This document shows positions 23,160 to 35,180 of a stretch of DNA of 42,591 nt, one piece after another (the first letter of the stretch is position 1; each line of letters starts with the position of its first letter). Source of the stretch: Jimgerdemannia flammicorona. Taxonomy: Eukaryota. A program made the translations under genes and the position numbers. The stretch spans positions 1 to 42,591 of the forward strand of contig RBNJ01000087.1 of assembly GCA_003990765.1 (NCBI GenBank), in the 5' to 3' direction. The notes beneath the pieces are model-generated. The model was given only the letters and a program-made list of their open reading frames with translations. It ran no database searches and was not told the DNA's origin.

Positions 23160-24824
23160 TATAATAGAATAAGTAGTAAGTGAATAGACAAGATGTAATA
23201 TATAATGAGTAATTATATAACCTAGCAATGATATCACTATTGATTGAGCATAATATATGATATATGAATAACAAATATAATAAATGATGTAAATAATGTA
23301 GAAAACAATATCTAGCTTATCTCTAGCAATCAGTACTATAGTAACTAGTACTAATTATTGCTTAGCAATAGAGATCTTGATCATAAAGTATTTTTGATTA
23401 CAAACTACCTGATAAAGATTGTAATTACAAAGATGGCTAGTTCTTGTAATGTATCAATAAGATAAAAAAAAAAGTGGCCCAAGATTTGTCAACCCTATAT
23501 AACTATAATTGCAATATGGTGATATTTTGGAAATTAGGATTTTCTCATATAACTAGTACATATTCTACTTATAGTAATAGGTCACACATCTTACTAGAAA
23601 ATGTGATTGAAATGAAGTTACACCAAACAGGTGAACAAGTATAAATACCCAAAGTAAGAGCATACTACAACTCTCATCTCCCTCTCCTCTCTCTAAAGAA
23701 AAGACAAGATAAGAATGCCTGCTACCTACCACCAAGTAGCCTATCATAGCCAGCCCCTCTCAAGCCAGATTGACTGCCTTTTTGGATACATTTAGGTTAC
23801 TATCCAAGGAAGAAACCTACCACTTTGAGACCCTTAATCTTACTAGTCAGAACCTAGAATATTATATCCTCAACTACTATAAAGTCATCAAAAGAGCCTA
23901 CCTTACTATCAGCTATCTAGAAATCTAATATGAATACAAAATTAGCCATTAACTTCTTTAATATACAAATGGCCTACCCACTGACCAGATCTCAGACTGG
24001 ACCAATCTAGATAGATATAAGTAAAGACTAATCAAGAAGATTCATCAAATTATATACTATGTACTCTTTGTAATTCCCAACTCCAACTATATATAACTAA
24101 AGGATTTCCAGAACCTTTTCTTCTCTAAGGTTGATAAACTAGAGATCAAGGTTGTCTAAGAAGCTAACTTCTGAATTACTCTCAAGTCTACTAACTGTAA
24201 ACTCTACTGGAGCTCTCTCTTGAATGATAACTCAGACCAATGGCTCCAAGGTCTCTCTGATCTCTTTGAAGGACTGTCTATCTGAATAGATATCTCCAGG
24301 CATAAGGATCAAGAACTCTACTTAGATGGTCCTAACCATATTAGATAGAGACCTCTACCCCACTGTCTATATCAGTTCAAAAACCATTTGTAGACCTCAT
24401 TGACTTCTCTATTCTGGATACTGAGCCATCAGCAACTACTTCTTCAACTACTAGTAGAGATGGAAATAATACTGAGAAGGATTCCCCACTCTTTTCTCTC
24501 CTAGTTCTCAATTTCTGAATCAATAAGAATATTGATTTTTAAGGAGAAAAAGATGTAATAGAATGAGTAGCAAGTAAATAGATGAGATATGATATATGAT
24601 AAGTAATTATAACTCAATAATGATATTACCATCAATTGAGTACAATATATAATATATGAATGATAAATATAATAAACAATACAAATGATGTAGAAAATGA
24701 CATTTAGCTTATCTTTAGCAATTAGTACTATAGTAACTCATACTGATCATTGCTTAGTAATAGAGATCCTGATTACAAAGTTATATTCCTAATTACAAAC
24801 TATCTGACAAAGGTTGTGATTATA
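23160..24824 (+). mobile_element. Internally deleted Ty3/Gypsy-like LTR element with paired ~270 bp LTRs
   Basis: LTRs 23160-23429 (TAT..TTACA) and 24554-24824 (TGT..TTATA). PBS-like TGGC follows LTR1 and polypurine tract aaggagaaaaaga precedes LTR2. Gag-like relic YTNGLP. Confidence 0.8.
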
Positions 24825-27118
24825 AACCTCACTATAGTTATCAAATTAGTTACTTATACTTAGTCAGAAATTGCAGACCAACTTATATAAATACTCTCTA
24901 GTTTTTATCTGAAATAAAGATAGTTTTAGTTTAGTTCTTGATACAAGAATCAAGTTTCCCTCTATACACATATATTCTCCTGAGTTTTAGTAATAATATC
25001 TAAGTGACTCTAGTGTTTCTGACTAAACTTTAGAAGCCTAGCTAACTTCTACCAGAACTGAGACTAGTATATAAATAATAAAGACTTAAGTAAACCCATT
25101 GAACCTAAATTTTAAGACAAATTCTGTCTATATATATATAGTAAAGAACAAGTCCCTTACAACTATGGTTGATAAGAAGGATACTACTGCTACAACTATT
25201 TTCAAGTAAGCACTTCCTCATACTAAAGGCTTCTTGGTATATATTGTATATTAAGTCTCTAAGTAATACCTTGTTTCACTAATTATCCAAAAGATAAAAG
25301 AGAAATAGAAATAAGAGTTATTACAATCACTATTCAAAAAGACTGTCTTAATATCTATTTAGTGGATTTTATAGTTATATTTAGCTCCAATTACAAGAAG
25401 TATTCAAAGTGAAATACTATAAAAAAGATCTCATTATAGTCTATATCATATTTTTATAAATACTCCTTTGCTACAAATTGAGTCTTATACTACTTTATAT
25501 CACTATTACTATTATGTTTAATTTTATATATCTATTGAAATTCTATAGCTTATTAATTTACTAGGAGAGGGACCAAATCTCATATGTCATTTTTGATAAG
25601 TAAATAATATTTCTCATCTATAGTCTTTTTCTACTTCTTTCTATCATTCAAATATAGCTTCATTATAGTTTATAGGTTCACTAGTTATTATAATATAGAT
25701 ACACTCATAGGTATAGTTTATATGATATTTGCTATTATGATAGAATATCTTAAGCTAGTCTTAATAATCTTCTAAATCTGCTTTGACTTTATTTTATAGT
25801 CTAGATCTGTACTTTTTCTTATCTTTTAGAGAGGTATTCTTATTATTATTCTTGTCTATAATTTCTATAATTCTTAGCTCTGATAGTCATATTGATATAT
25901 ATATATATTACACTAGTACTGATATAGGTATTATTTTGCTCATTTTTAAAGTTGGTATAAATGTCACTAGCTATACCATTGAGTTAGTAGAGATAGAAAT
26001 TTTAATACAAATCATCTACTCTTTAGTCTTTTTCTTGAATTGAATATCATAAGAGATAATGATATAGTATTTCTATAAATTCTATACATATATATTTATC
26101 TATTTTAGACTCAAATTTGTCTCTATTATTACCCTTATCTAAGATATAAGTCTCACTTTCAAATATTTGTAAATGTAAAATATCAGACTTAGATCTACTC
26201 TATAATTCTTCAGAAGTATGATCAGTATTATTTTTGAATTACTAATTATTATTAAATCTATCAGAATTCTTACTTAAAGTTTAAGAAACACAATAATTCT
26301 AGGTATATACTACTATATTCACTACTTTGATCCAAAAGGAGTACAGTAAACTAGTTATATTTATCATTATTTGAGCTATCTCTACTATTATTTAGTTAAA
26401 GCATTCTGCTATACTGTTCTATTCAGATATATAGGGAGCTATTATAGAGTATTATATATCATACTTCTTAAGAAGTATTTAAAGGCTTTGTTGATATATT
26501 TTTTACTATTATCTGAGTATAGAGTTTATATCTTATATCTTGTTTTATTTTCTATAATCATTTTGAATTCTTAAAATTTTTTAAATATCTCATTCTTCAC
26601 TATAAGAAAGTATATATAGATTTTATAAGTATAATCATTAATAAAGATGATAAAGTACCTCTTTTCAAAGTATGTTGAAGTTTATATAGGGCTGTAGATA
26701 TCTGTAATATTATATTAAGAATGCTGGTTACTCACTTTATCTATTTCTAAAATGATTGCTAGAAAGTCTTATTTATTATATATCTATTATAAAAGCTAAA
26801 ATCTGGTAGTATATAGTTTGATAATCTATATATAGATTTACTTGTTATTATCTATTCCAGGCTTGTTTTACTGATATATCTTAAGTATTCATACTATATA
26901 TACTAGAGATTCTCTCTGATTATAGTTATAGAATATAGATGATATATTATTTAATATACCATTGATTATATATAGGTTTCTCTTTTTTGATATATATATT
27001 AGCTTATTATTCTTTAGATTAATTACTATCATACTATTTAGATATATATTTACTCTTTTATCTTCTTGAGCTATTATATGATCTATTAAGAAGAGGTTCT
27101 TACCTATATCTGGTATAT

Positions 27119-28335
27119 TTTTTATTTTTTTTTTATTTTTATTTTTTATTTTTTTTTATTTTACAGACTCAGAGTCTCACAGATTTTTATTAGAAGGGAA
27201 TCTAGACTATATAGGCCAAAACCCTCCTCCACTACCCATCAAGCACTACTCTCTCATTAACTTAGGTTAGCTATTGTCCAGCAGCTTGATCATATCAGGT
27301 ACAGTAGGATCTATATTGGCCCATATCTCATTTTATATACTATACTCTCCCTACTACTAAGGAGAACTCAGCTATATGCCAATGACCAAAAGCACATACC
27401 TGAGACTCCACCATATATACAAGACCATACCTGAGCTGAATAGAATAGCCCCTACTACTCCAAAGAGAATGATAGACAAAGAAAAAACTCTCATCAAAGT
27501 ATATTATGGTGGGTAGGGTCTGGTTCTCCCAGATGAGGTGAGTAGAGGACTTATATATGAAGTAAGAGGAGACCTCCAATACTTCACTACTCAAGCCTGC
27601 AGATCTTGATCACATTGCTATATTAGCTCTTGGTTTTAGTTAAGTATAGCCAAGATGCCTAAAATGGATAGTCTCAGGCCCCCCAACTCCCCCCCAATAA
27701 CCAGGGCCCAATCTGCCAAATTGCTAAAAGAAGCTGAGAGTGATACCTACTATCTAACTGCTCTGCACCAATCAAAAGGCCCTATAGAAGCAGTATCTAC
27801 CCCAGCCCTAATGACTGCCCCCAGTCTAGCACTCTACTGATTTACTGTAATTACCCTTCCTCTTATCTATGATGGCCATCTCCTCTCTTATTCTGATAAT
27901 ACCTAAAAAACAGCCACCTATGTTAGAACTATACTCATCAAGAAGCTTGCTAAAGCCAGAGAGCCCCACCATAGACACTAAGGACCTACAGATAACCTAT
28001 ACTGGACACTTAATGTCTAAGATTGGCTGACTCCCTACATAATCCATAATGTACCAAGATAACATCTTATTGGTGATGGCAAAAGGAAGAAGATGCCACA
28101 CCAAAATGAGTATACTCCAGATACAGCTGAAGGCACCAGAATCTATGAAAAAGTAGAGAAGACACCGATCTGATACTAATAAAGAGACAACTCATCACTA
28201 TTGCTCTCCTTCCACTATATCCATACAGGCACAGCAAACCAACCTGAGGTAGAGGGGGTAATAATAGGGGAAAGGAGACTTGAAAGGTTATCTACTAAAC
28301 CTTGTGACTAGTAAGATAGCAGAGAAAGAAGCTGT
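27119..28335 (-). mobile_element. 5'-truncated poly(A) retro-insertion (LINE 3' end or retrocopy) inside Copia #1
   Basis: Poly(T) tract ~27119-27162 on the + strand. Perfect 15-bp TSD ctatatctggtatat at 27104-27118 and 28336-28350. A long, mostly open minus-strand frame. Confidence 0.85.
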
Positions 28336-29870
28336 CTATATCTGGTATATATAATACATATATCCATAAAGATGTCTGAAGATTTATCAATATTCCTGTA
28401 TAGATATATACCAACATTGCTCTAGCCTTGAGTATAAATGACATTATTATCACCCAATTTGATAGATATAGAGTGCTTGAACTTCTCATATATAGAGAAC
28501 TAATAATATGCTATTATATACTATATTGCATTAGAATCTATAAGCCAGATCTCTTTGCTATATATATTAGTACTGCTAGATATATAACTTATATTGGTAC
28601 TAGTACTGAAATAGATAGAACTAGTGATTGGAGTATTTTTTATTAGTATAAAAATAGTTTCTGAATTTACTCTTATATCTATCTCTATAAAGAATAGATC
28701 TCTACTACTATTGTTATTAGTATTCATAATGTTCACCTGCCTATATTACTCATCTTTTTCCTTCTTTTTATAGTTATAGTCTTGCTTGCAGTATCTATAC
28801 TTATCACAGTAGAAGTATTTATTATTGAATTTGGCTTATTGACTGTTATGCTAACTATCATACTACTGACTTTGATCTCATTCTTTATCTTATTCTGTCT
28901 GTTGTTATTATCTTTATCTTATCTATATACTCCATAGAAGGCTTTCTTATCATCTTTATTATCATTACTACCTAGCCTTGATTCTTTATTTAAAAGACTT
29001 ATAACAATAGGCTTATAGTCTAATAATCTGTCAGATTCTCTCATAGTAGTAACAACTATATTATATATCTTGATTAGGTCTCATATAAGAACTAGGACCT
29101 TTTTTATCCTTGATAGTATCTGTTAGTATAGATATAAGAGAATTCACTTAATTCATCAGTTATTAACATAATTGATATAGTCTTAGATGCTCTCCTTAGA
29201 CTTTATTTAGAGATTGAATAGTTATACTTTTAGGTGAAATCTATTAGATATAGATACCTATTGGTAGTAATTATATAAGATCTCTCAGACTTCATTTACT
29301 ATTATAGTATTGATTATAAGTTTTATTTATATATTTGAAAAGATAAATATAATCTCTCCTAGTGCTTTGTAATCTTTCATAATATCATATTTTATTATTT
29401 ATACTTGTGGTTTTCAGTAGTCCTCCAAACTATATTTCTCTAAGAGATTTTTTATATGATATCTATATGGTATAATTCTTACTATTAAAGATAGAAATCA
29501 TTCTCTTTACTATTATTAGCACTACTGTAAGAATATTGTTATAGTTGTAACTATTATAATAGGTGCACTTATACTACTAGTACCTATTCTGGATTCTATT
29601 CTGCCTATACTACTTAGTAGGCTCATATTTGATATACTTGGGTTTCCTAGGTTTGATATCTTCTTTGCATAGTATAGTATATATATTAGAGAGATATATA
29701 TATATTTGTTATAGAATACTTGAAAGATAGATAGAGAAAAAAAGGGTAGTATTTATTTATAGATAGCTTATCTGCTTTTATACATATTGATGATATTTAT
29801 ATAATAATATAATTAGACTATACCACTATATATAAAGTTACTATAACTAAGATATTTCAATATTTCAATA

Positions 29871-31781
29871 CTCTTGCTCAATAAGATATATCCAAATATA
29901 TTTACAAATAAAAATATATAAGTAATATTAATGAATATATATATAATATGTAAGATATAATGAGAGGCTTTTAGTACTCTAAAAAACTTCTTATTATTGC
30001 TATATTGTTGTTATTATTTTTGCTTATTGCTTACTAACATATAGTTTCTGTTAGTATAGAGTTACCTGTAAGTCTTATTTCTTATATGCATAAATCAAAC
30101 TTAGCCTTTGGAAGGGCTTTAGTCAATAAATCTACTATTATATACTCTATTGAGATATATTCTAGATATGTATATAGTACTATTTTCTATATATTTTTTT
30201 ATAAATAATATTATATATCAATATGTTTGATTTTTGCATAATATATAGAATTCTTTATCATAGTAATTATAGATTGACTGTCTTGTTGAAGTAGTATAGA
30301 GTGCTGTTAATTATATTCTAACTCCTTTAGTAGTTTCTGAAGTCATATAGCTTCCTTTATTACTGTAGATAATACTTGATACTCTTCTTATATAGATAAT
30401 ATTACTACTGAAGTTTACTTATATATTTGTCATGAAATAACTCCATTTTCACTGATTTTAAAGAGGTATTTAGTTATAGATCATCTGTCATCTAGGTCAT
30501 TAGTCTAATTGGCATTATATATACTTAATAACTTTATAGTACTCCTGCTTTTTCCCTTATTATAATTATCCAAATTGAGTATATAGTATACTGTATCTTT
30601 AATATACTAGAAATTATACTTGATTGCCATCTAATGTAAATTTTTATAGTAGAATGAGTATTGTACTACTTTGTTAACTATATATATATAATATATTAGA
30701 TCTCATCCTAAGCATAAGATATATGTATGAGAGATTCTATAGCTTACTAATAGAAGATATTATTATCTTTAGAAATAGTACTGAACTTCTTTAGCCTTAC
30801 AGATATCTCTATAAGAGTTCTAATAGATTTATATTTATCTATACTGAATCATTTGAGTATGGTCTAAATATATGTAACTTATGATAGATATATAGTATGC
30901 TCATATCTGTCATATATGATTAATATTCTAATAAGATAGAACATATTACCCATATCTTCAATTTTGAATTTCTAGTATAATATTATCTTTATATTATTAA
31001 TCTTACTTATCATTCTGATCAAAATGATATCATTAATCCAAATTCCTAGATATATTATTCCTGAGAATATATATTGAGTATATATATATAGATTGGTCTT
31101 GCAATACTTAAATCTATTATTTAAGAGATATTTGTTAAATTTTTAATTCTACAGTCTTGCTGCTTGTTTGATACTATAGAGACCTTTATATAACTTATAT
31201 ACAAGCTTGTTTCTATCATTATATAATTTATATTCTTATGGTTAATAGATATATAGCTCCATATTTATATCTCTATTTAAGAAGGCTGTCTTAATATCTA
31301 TTTAGTAAATTTTATAGTTATATTTAGCTCTAATCACAAGAAATATTCTAAGTGAAGTAAGTTGAATACTGAAGAAAAGATCTCATTATAGTCTATCTAT
31401 ATTCTTGTAAATATCTCTTTATCACAAATTGGACCTTATACTACTCTATATCACTATTACTATTATATTTGATTTTATATACTCAGCAGAATTCTATTGC
31501 TTATCAATTTATCAGAAGAGAAACTAGATCTCATGTATCATTCTTAATAAGTAAATCATATTCCTTATCTATAGCCTTTTACTATTTATTCTTATTATCT
31601 AAGTATATGGTATCATCATAGTTTGCTGGCTCACCAGTTATTGCTATGTAAGTATACTTATAGATATAGTTTATATAATGTTTGCTATTGCAATAGAATG
31701 TCTTTCAATATTCTCCTAAATCTGCTTTGACTTTATTTTATAATCTAGATTTGTATTTTTTCTTACCTTTTAAAGAGATAT
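29871..31781 (-). mobile_element. Degenerate Ty1/Copia #2 (RT-RNase H), same family as #1
   Basis: Collinear with 22180-23159 plus 25326-25840. A PPT-like TGAGCAAGAG (minus strand) abuts the LTR at 29870. Confidence 0.88.
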
Positions 31782-33249
31782 TGTTATAAAGAGAGGGGCA
31801 TTTTTATTGAAGTTATATGGATTATATATTTGATACTTTACTGATAAATAATGTAAATCTGATAGAATAGTATAAGATCATATGCTGACATATTGAGTTA
31901 CTATCTCAATACTCCTACTTAATGAGATATATAATCCAAAAAGAATACAACATATATCCAAAAAAAAGAATGCAAACTAGAAAAAGCAATGCATAATATA
32001 TATAAAACTAGAACTATATAACTCAATTTACTATATAAAAATCCTATATTTAAGGAATTTTTATAGGTTGAAAAGTATTCCAAAATACTCAAAATATCTG
32101 AAATATCTATAAATGAAAAATGTAAAGAATGTAATATATGTAATTCTCTTATAGATAAGTGATATAACTAACATATATACAGTGTAAGACTTTTAATAGT
32201 CTGAAAAGTATTTTATAATCAATTGCATACTAGTGTATAGCTTTTAAGATCTATTTCTTTAGTATATTACTTAAACTTCAGCTTTGGAAGGACTTTGGTC
32301 AATGAGTCTGCAATCATATACTCTATGGAGATATATTCTAAGTATATAGTACCATTTTCTATATATTCTTATATAAAATAATGCTATATATTAATATGTT
32401 TCATTCAGCTATAATACATATACTGGATTCTTGGTAAGCACTATTATGAATTGGTTATCTTGTCTGATCAGTATAAGGTTCCTCTGAGTAAAGCTGAGCT
32501 CCTTTAAAAGCTTACAGAGCCAAATAGCCTCCTTTGTTACCAATGACAATACCTGATACTCTGCTTATATGTTTACTATAAAATGATGGACTCTTTGTTG
32601 TTTTTGTCAATATAGAAAAAATATCTAGTCATAGACTGGCAATCATCCAAATCTCTGGCCCAATCAGTATCACATATATCAGATAGCTAGATGTTGTTGC
32701 TCTTGTCATTACTTCTACTTAATCTAATATCACTACTATCTAATATAAGTATATAGTATACTAATCTCTTTAAGTATTGGAAAATCCTCTTAATAGTACT
32801 CCAATGTGAATTATCATAGCAGGAGGAATACTGTGTTACCTTATTGATAATATAGGATATATCAGGCCTTATTTCAAGTATAAGATATATGAGAGAACTG
32901 ACTATTTGCCAATAAGAAATATTGTTGATAGGCTTAAGTATATTGTCATTTGTTTTAGACATAGTAACAGGCTTCCTTAACTTTATAGAAGTATCTATCA
33001 GAGTACTTACAGACTTGCATTCACTTATATTAAAGTATTTGAGGATAGCTTTGACATATATCATTTGTGAGAAATATATAGTATATATATTTCTATCATA
33101 TATAATGGATATCCTCAAAAGAAAGAATGCATCACTCATATTAGTCATCTTGAATTCTTAGTATAGAGCTTCTTTAACTCTATTAAGCCTATTCTTACTA
33201 GTAATAATAATTATATCATCAATCTATATATTAATGAATACTATACTGT

Positions 33250-33252
<3 letters not shown>

Positions 33253-33284
<32 letters not shown>

Positions 33285-33378
33285 GTTGCTCAGACTCTGC
33301 CATTTATTATCAGTCTATATATAATTATATTATCTTCTCTCACTACCCAATCCCTATAGGGGAACTCTCCTCTCCTAT
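33253..33378 (-). mobile_element. Short poly(A) retro-insertion (~126 bp) in the RT of Copia #3
   Basis: Poly(T) 33252-33281 and AATAAA on the minus strand. 16-bp TSD aatactatactgtcat (33237-33252) versus aatattatactatcat (33379-33394). Confidence 0.8.
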
Positions 33379-34025
33379 AATATTATACTATCATAATAAT
33401 ATTAGATATATATATAATTATCTACTTCACAATATATAAATCTATTATTAAGTAGATACTTATTGATTCTTTTATTCTATAGTTATACCACTTGCTTGAT
33501 GCTGTATAGTCTCTTATATAATCTATATATGAGCTTGCTGTTTTTATATTCTTGTGGTTGATAGATATATAGTTTAGTATCTATATCACTATTTAGAAAT
33601 ACTATCTTACATTTATTTGATGGATTTTGAGATCATATACTATACCAATTGTAAGAAGTATTCTAAGAGAAGTAAGCTTAAATACTGGTGAAAAATTTCA
33701 TCATAGTCTATACTATAATCTTCCAAATAATCCTTAGTAACAAAATAAGCTTTATATTGCTCTATATTACTATTAGTATTACACTTTATTCTATATATCT
33801 ACTTGGATCTAATTGCTTGATGGTTTGGTAAAAAATGCACTAGGTTCCAGATATCATTCTCAATGAGCAAATTATATTCCTCATCTATTACATATTCTCA
33901 TTTCTTACTATCTGAGCATTACATAGCCTCATTATATACACTTAGCTCACCAGAAGATGTTGTGATATATATGCATTCATATGCTTCAGCATAGCTCACA
34001 TGGTCTTAATATTGCTGCTTCTAGG

Positions 34026-34561
34026 TAGTACTCTAAATGAGTCAATATGGATGAGATTCAAATCAACTATTGTTTTTATTTCCAAATTAAACAATTAAAC
34101 ATTTACATCAATAACTTGATGAATAATTATCCAAATTTGATGATCTTAGCATCATTTGAAAGCCCTTAATAAGGTCTTTCTAATGATATCAAGAATATTA
34201 AAATCTGATTATGCATTGCTAAGATATTAAGGAAACTGTTCTATTTGACAAAATTTCCAAAATTAGCAATTCAGACATTTTCCTTCATAACTCAGCAACA
34301 TATGATCTGATTTCAATGTTCTTGGTATCATTAGATAGGCCTTATTAAGGGCTTTCAAATGACACCAAAATCATCAAATTTGGATGATTATTTATTGAGT
34401 TATTAATATAAACATTTAATTGTCTAATTTGGAAATCAAAACAATGATTGGTTCAAATCTATCTGGATGGGATTTGAATCCCATCTGAGTCAATCCAGAT
34501 AGGAATCAATCCAAATCAATCTGAATCTAATCCAGATTAAATTGATTCATTAGGAGTACTA
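34026..34561. mobile_element. Non-autonomous TIR element (hAT-like ends) containing a long foldback palindrome
   Basis: TIRs tagtactctaaatgagtcaat and attgattcattaggagtacta. Internal inverted repeat ~34070-34445. Homologous to 18820-19200. Confidence 0.8.
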
Positions 34562-34837
34562 TGTTTAGAGCTTACTAATATATCACAATAACTTTCTAAT
34601 TCTGAATATATTTTATTCCTAAGCTTATGCTTGCCCTTACCCTTGATGGAGGATTCCTCATCATTAGATTCACCATCATCTTCATCTTTGATCTCAGTGA
34701 TCCTTGGCTCAGACAACTCTGGCTCAGATATATATAGTAGTTGATAATAATTTAAATTCACTACTAGAATCATTAGAGATATTGGCAGCACTAGGTATTG
34801 TGCTGGCTGGAATATAGATATAGAGATCTCCATGGGC

Positions 34838-35180
34838 TAGTGCTCCAAATGAGTCAATTTAAATCAAATACAGATTCAATTTATCATATAATAGTTTGAC
34901 CCAAATCTTAAATCTAAAGTAATCTGAATCAACTTGAATTAATCTGAATTACCTCATCCAAATTACTCCATCTGAATCACCTATCTGAATTACTCTATTT
35001 GAATTACTCCATCTGAACCACTCAATATAAACTATTCAATCTGAATTACTCAATCTGAATTACTCAATCTGAATTATTTAATTTAAATTCTTCAATCTGA
35101 ATTCTCATCTGAATCCTTTAACTGAATCCTCCAATCTAAATCCTCTAATTCAAATCCTCTAATCTGAATCCTCCACATAA
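34838..35180 (+). mobile_element. One end of a TIR element with subterminal ~14-bp tandem repeats
   Basis: Starts TAGTGCTCCAAATGAGTCAAT, the same TIR as at 34026. Repeated tctgaattactc(c/a)a units at ~34920-35175. Confidence 0.7.

Larger units (their letters stand above)
21975..29870 (-). mobile_element. Degenerate Ty1/Copia retrotransposon #1 (gag-PR-IN-RT-RH), interrupted by nested insertions
   Basis: Minus-strand relic motifs: gag FNSKNYTI* (~29470), protease WLIDSNAI (~28530), IPDIGKNLF (~27100), integrase APYISE*NSIAECFN* (~26420), RT SLYGIK* (~23060) and IWIDNII (~22910), RNase H IIVDLLTK (~22370). LTR 29707-29870, with a partial LTR match at ~21975-22025. Confidence 0.9.
31782..34837 (-). 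mobile_element. Degenerate Ty1/Copia #3 (different family), abutting or nested in #2
   Basis: Short LTR 31782-31911 with an adjacent PPT-like tract. RNase H MIADSLTK (~32300). RT SYWQIVSSLIYL..IRPDISY..HWSTIKRIFQYLK (ORF 32687-33148). Acidic IN-RT linker-like sequence at 34562-34833. Confidence 0.85.

Noticed and set aside
21975-34000. Alternative genetic code or stop readthrough to explain the many TAG/TAA codons
   Set aside because: Stops replace several different amino acids (Q, W, R) and co-occur with missense transitions, which indicates mutation.
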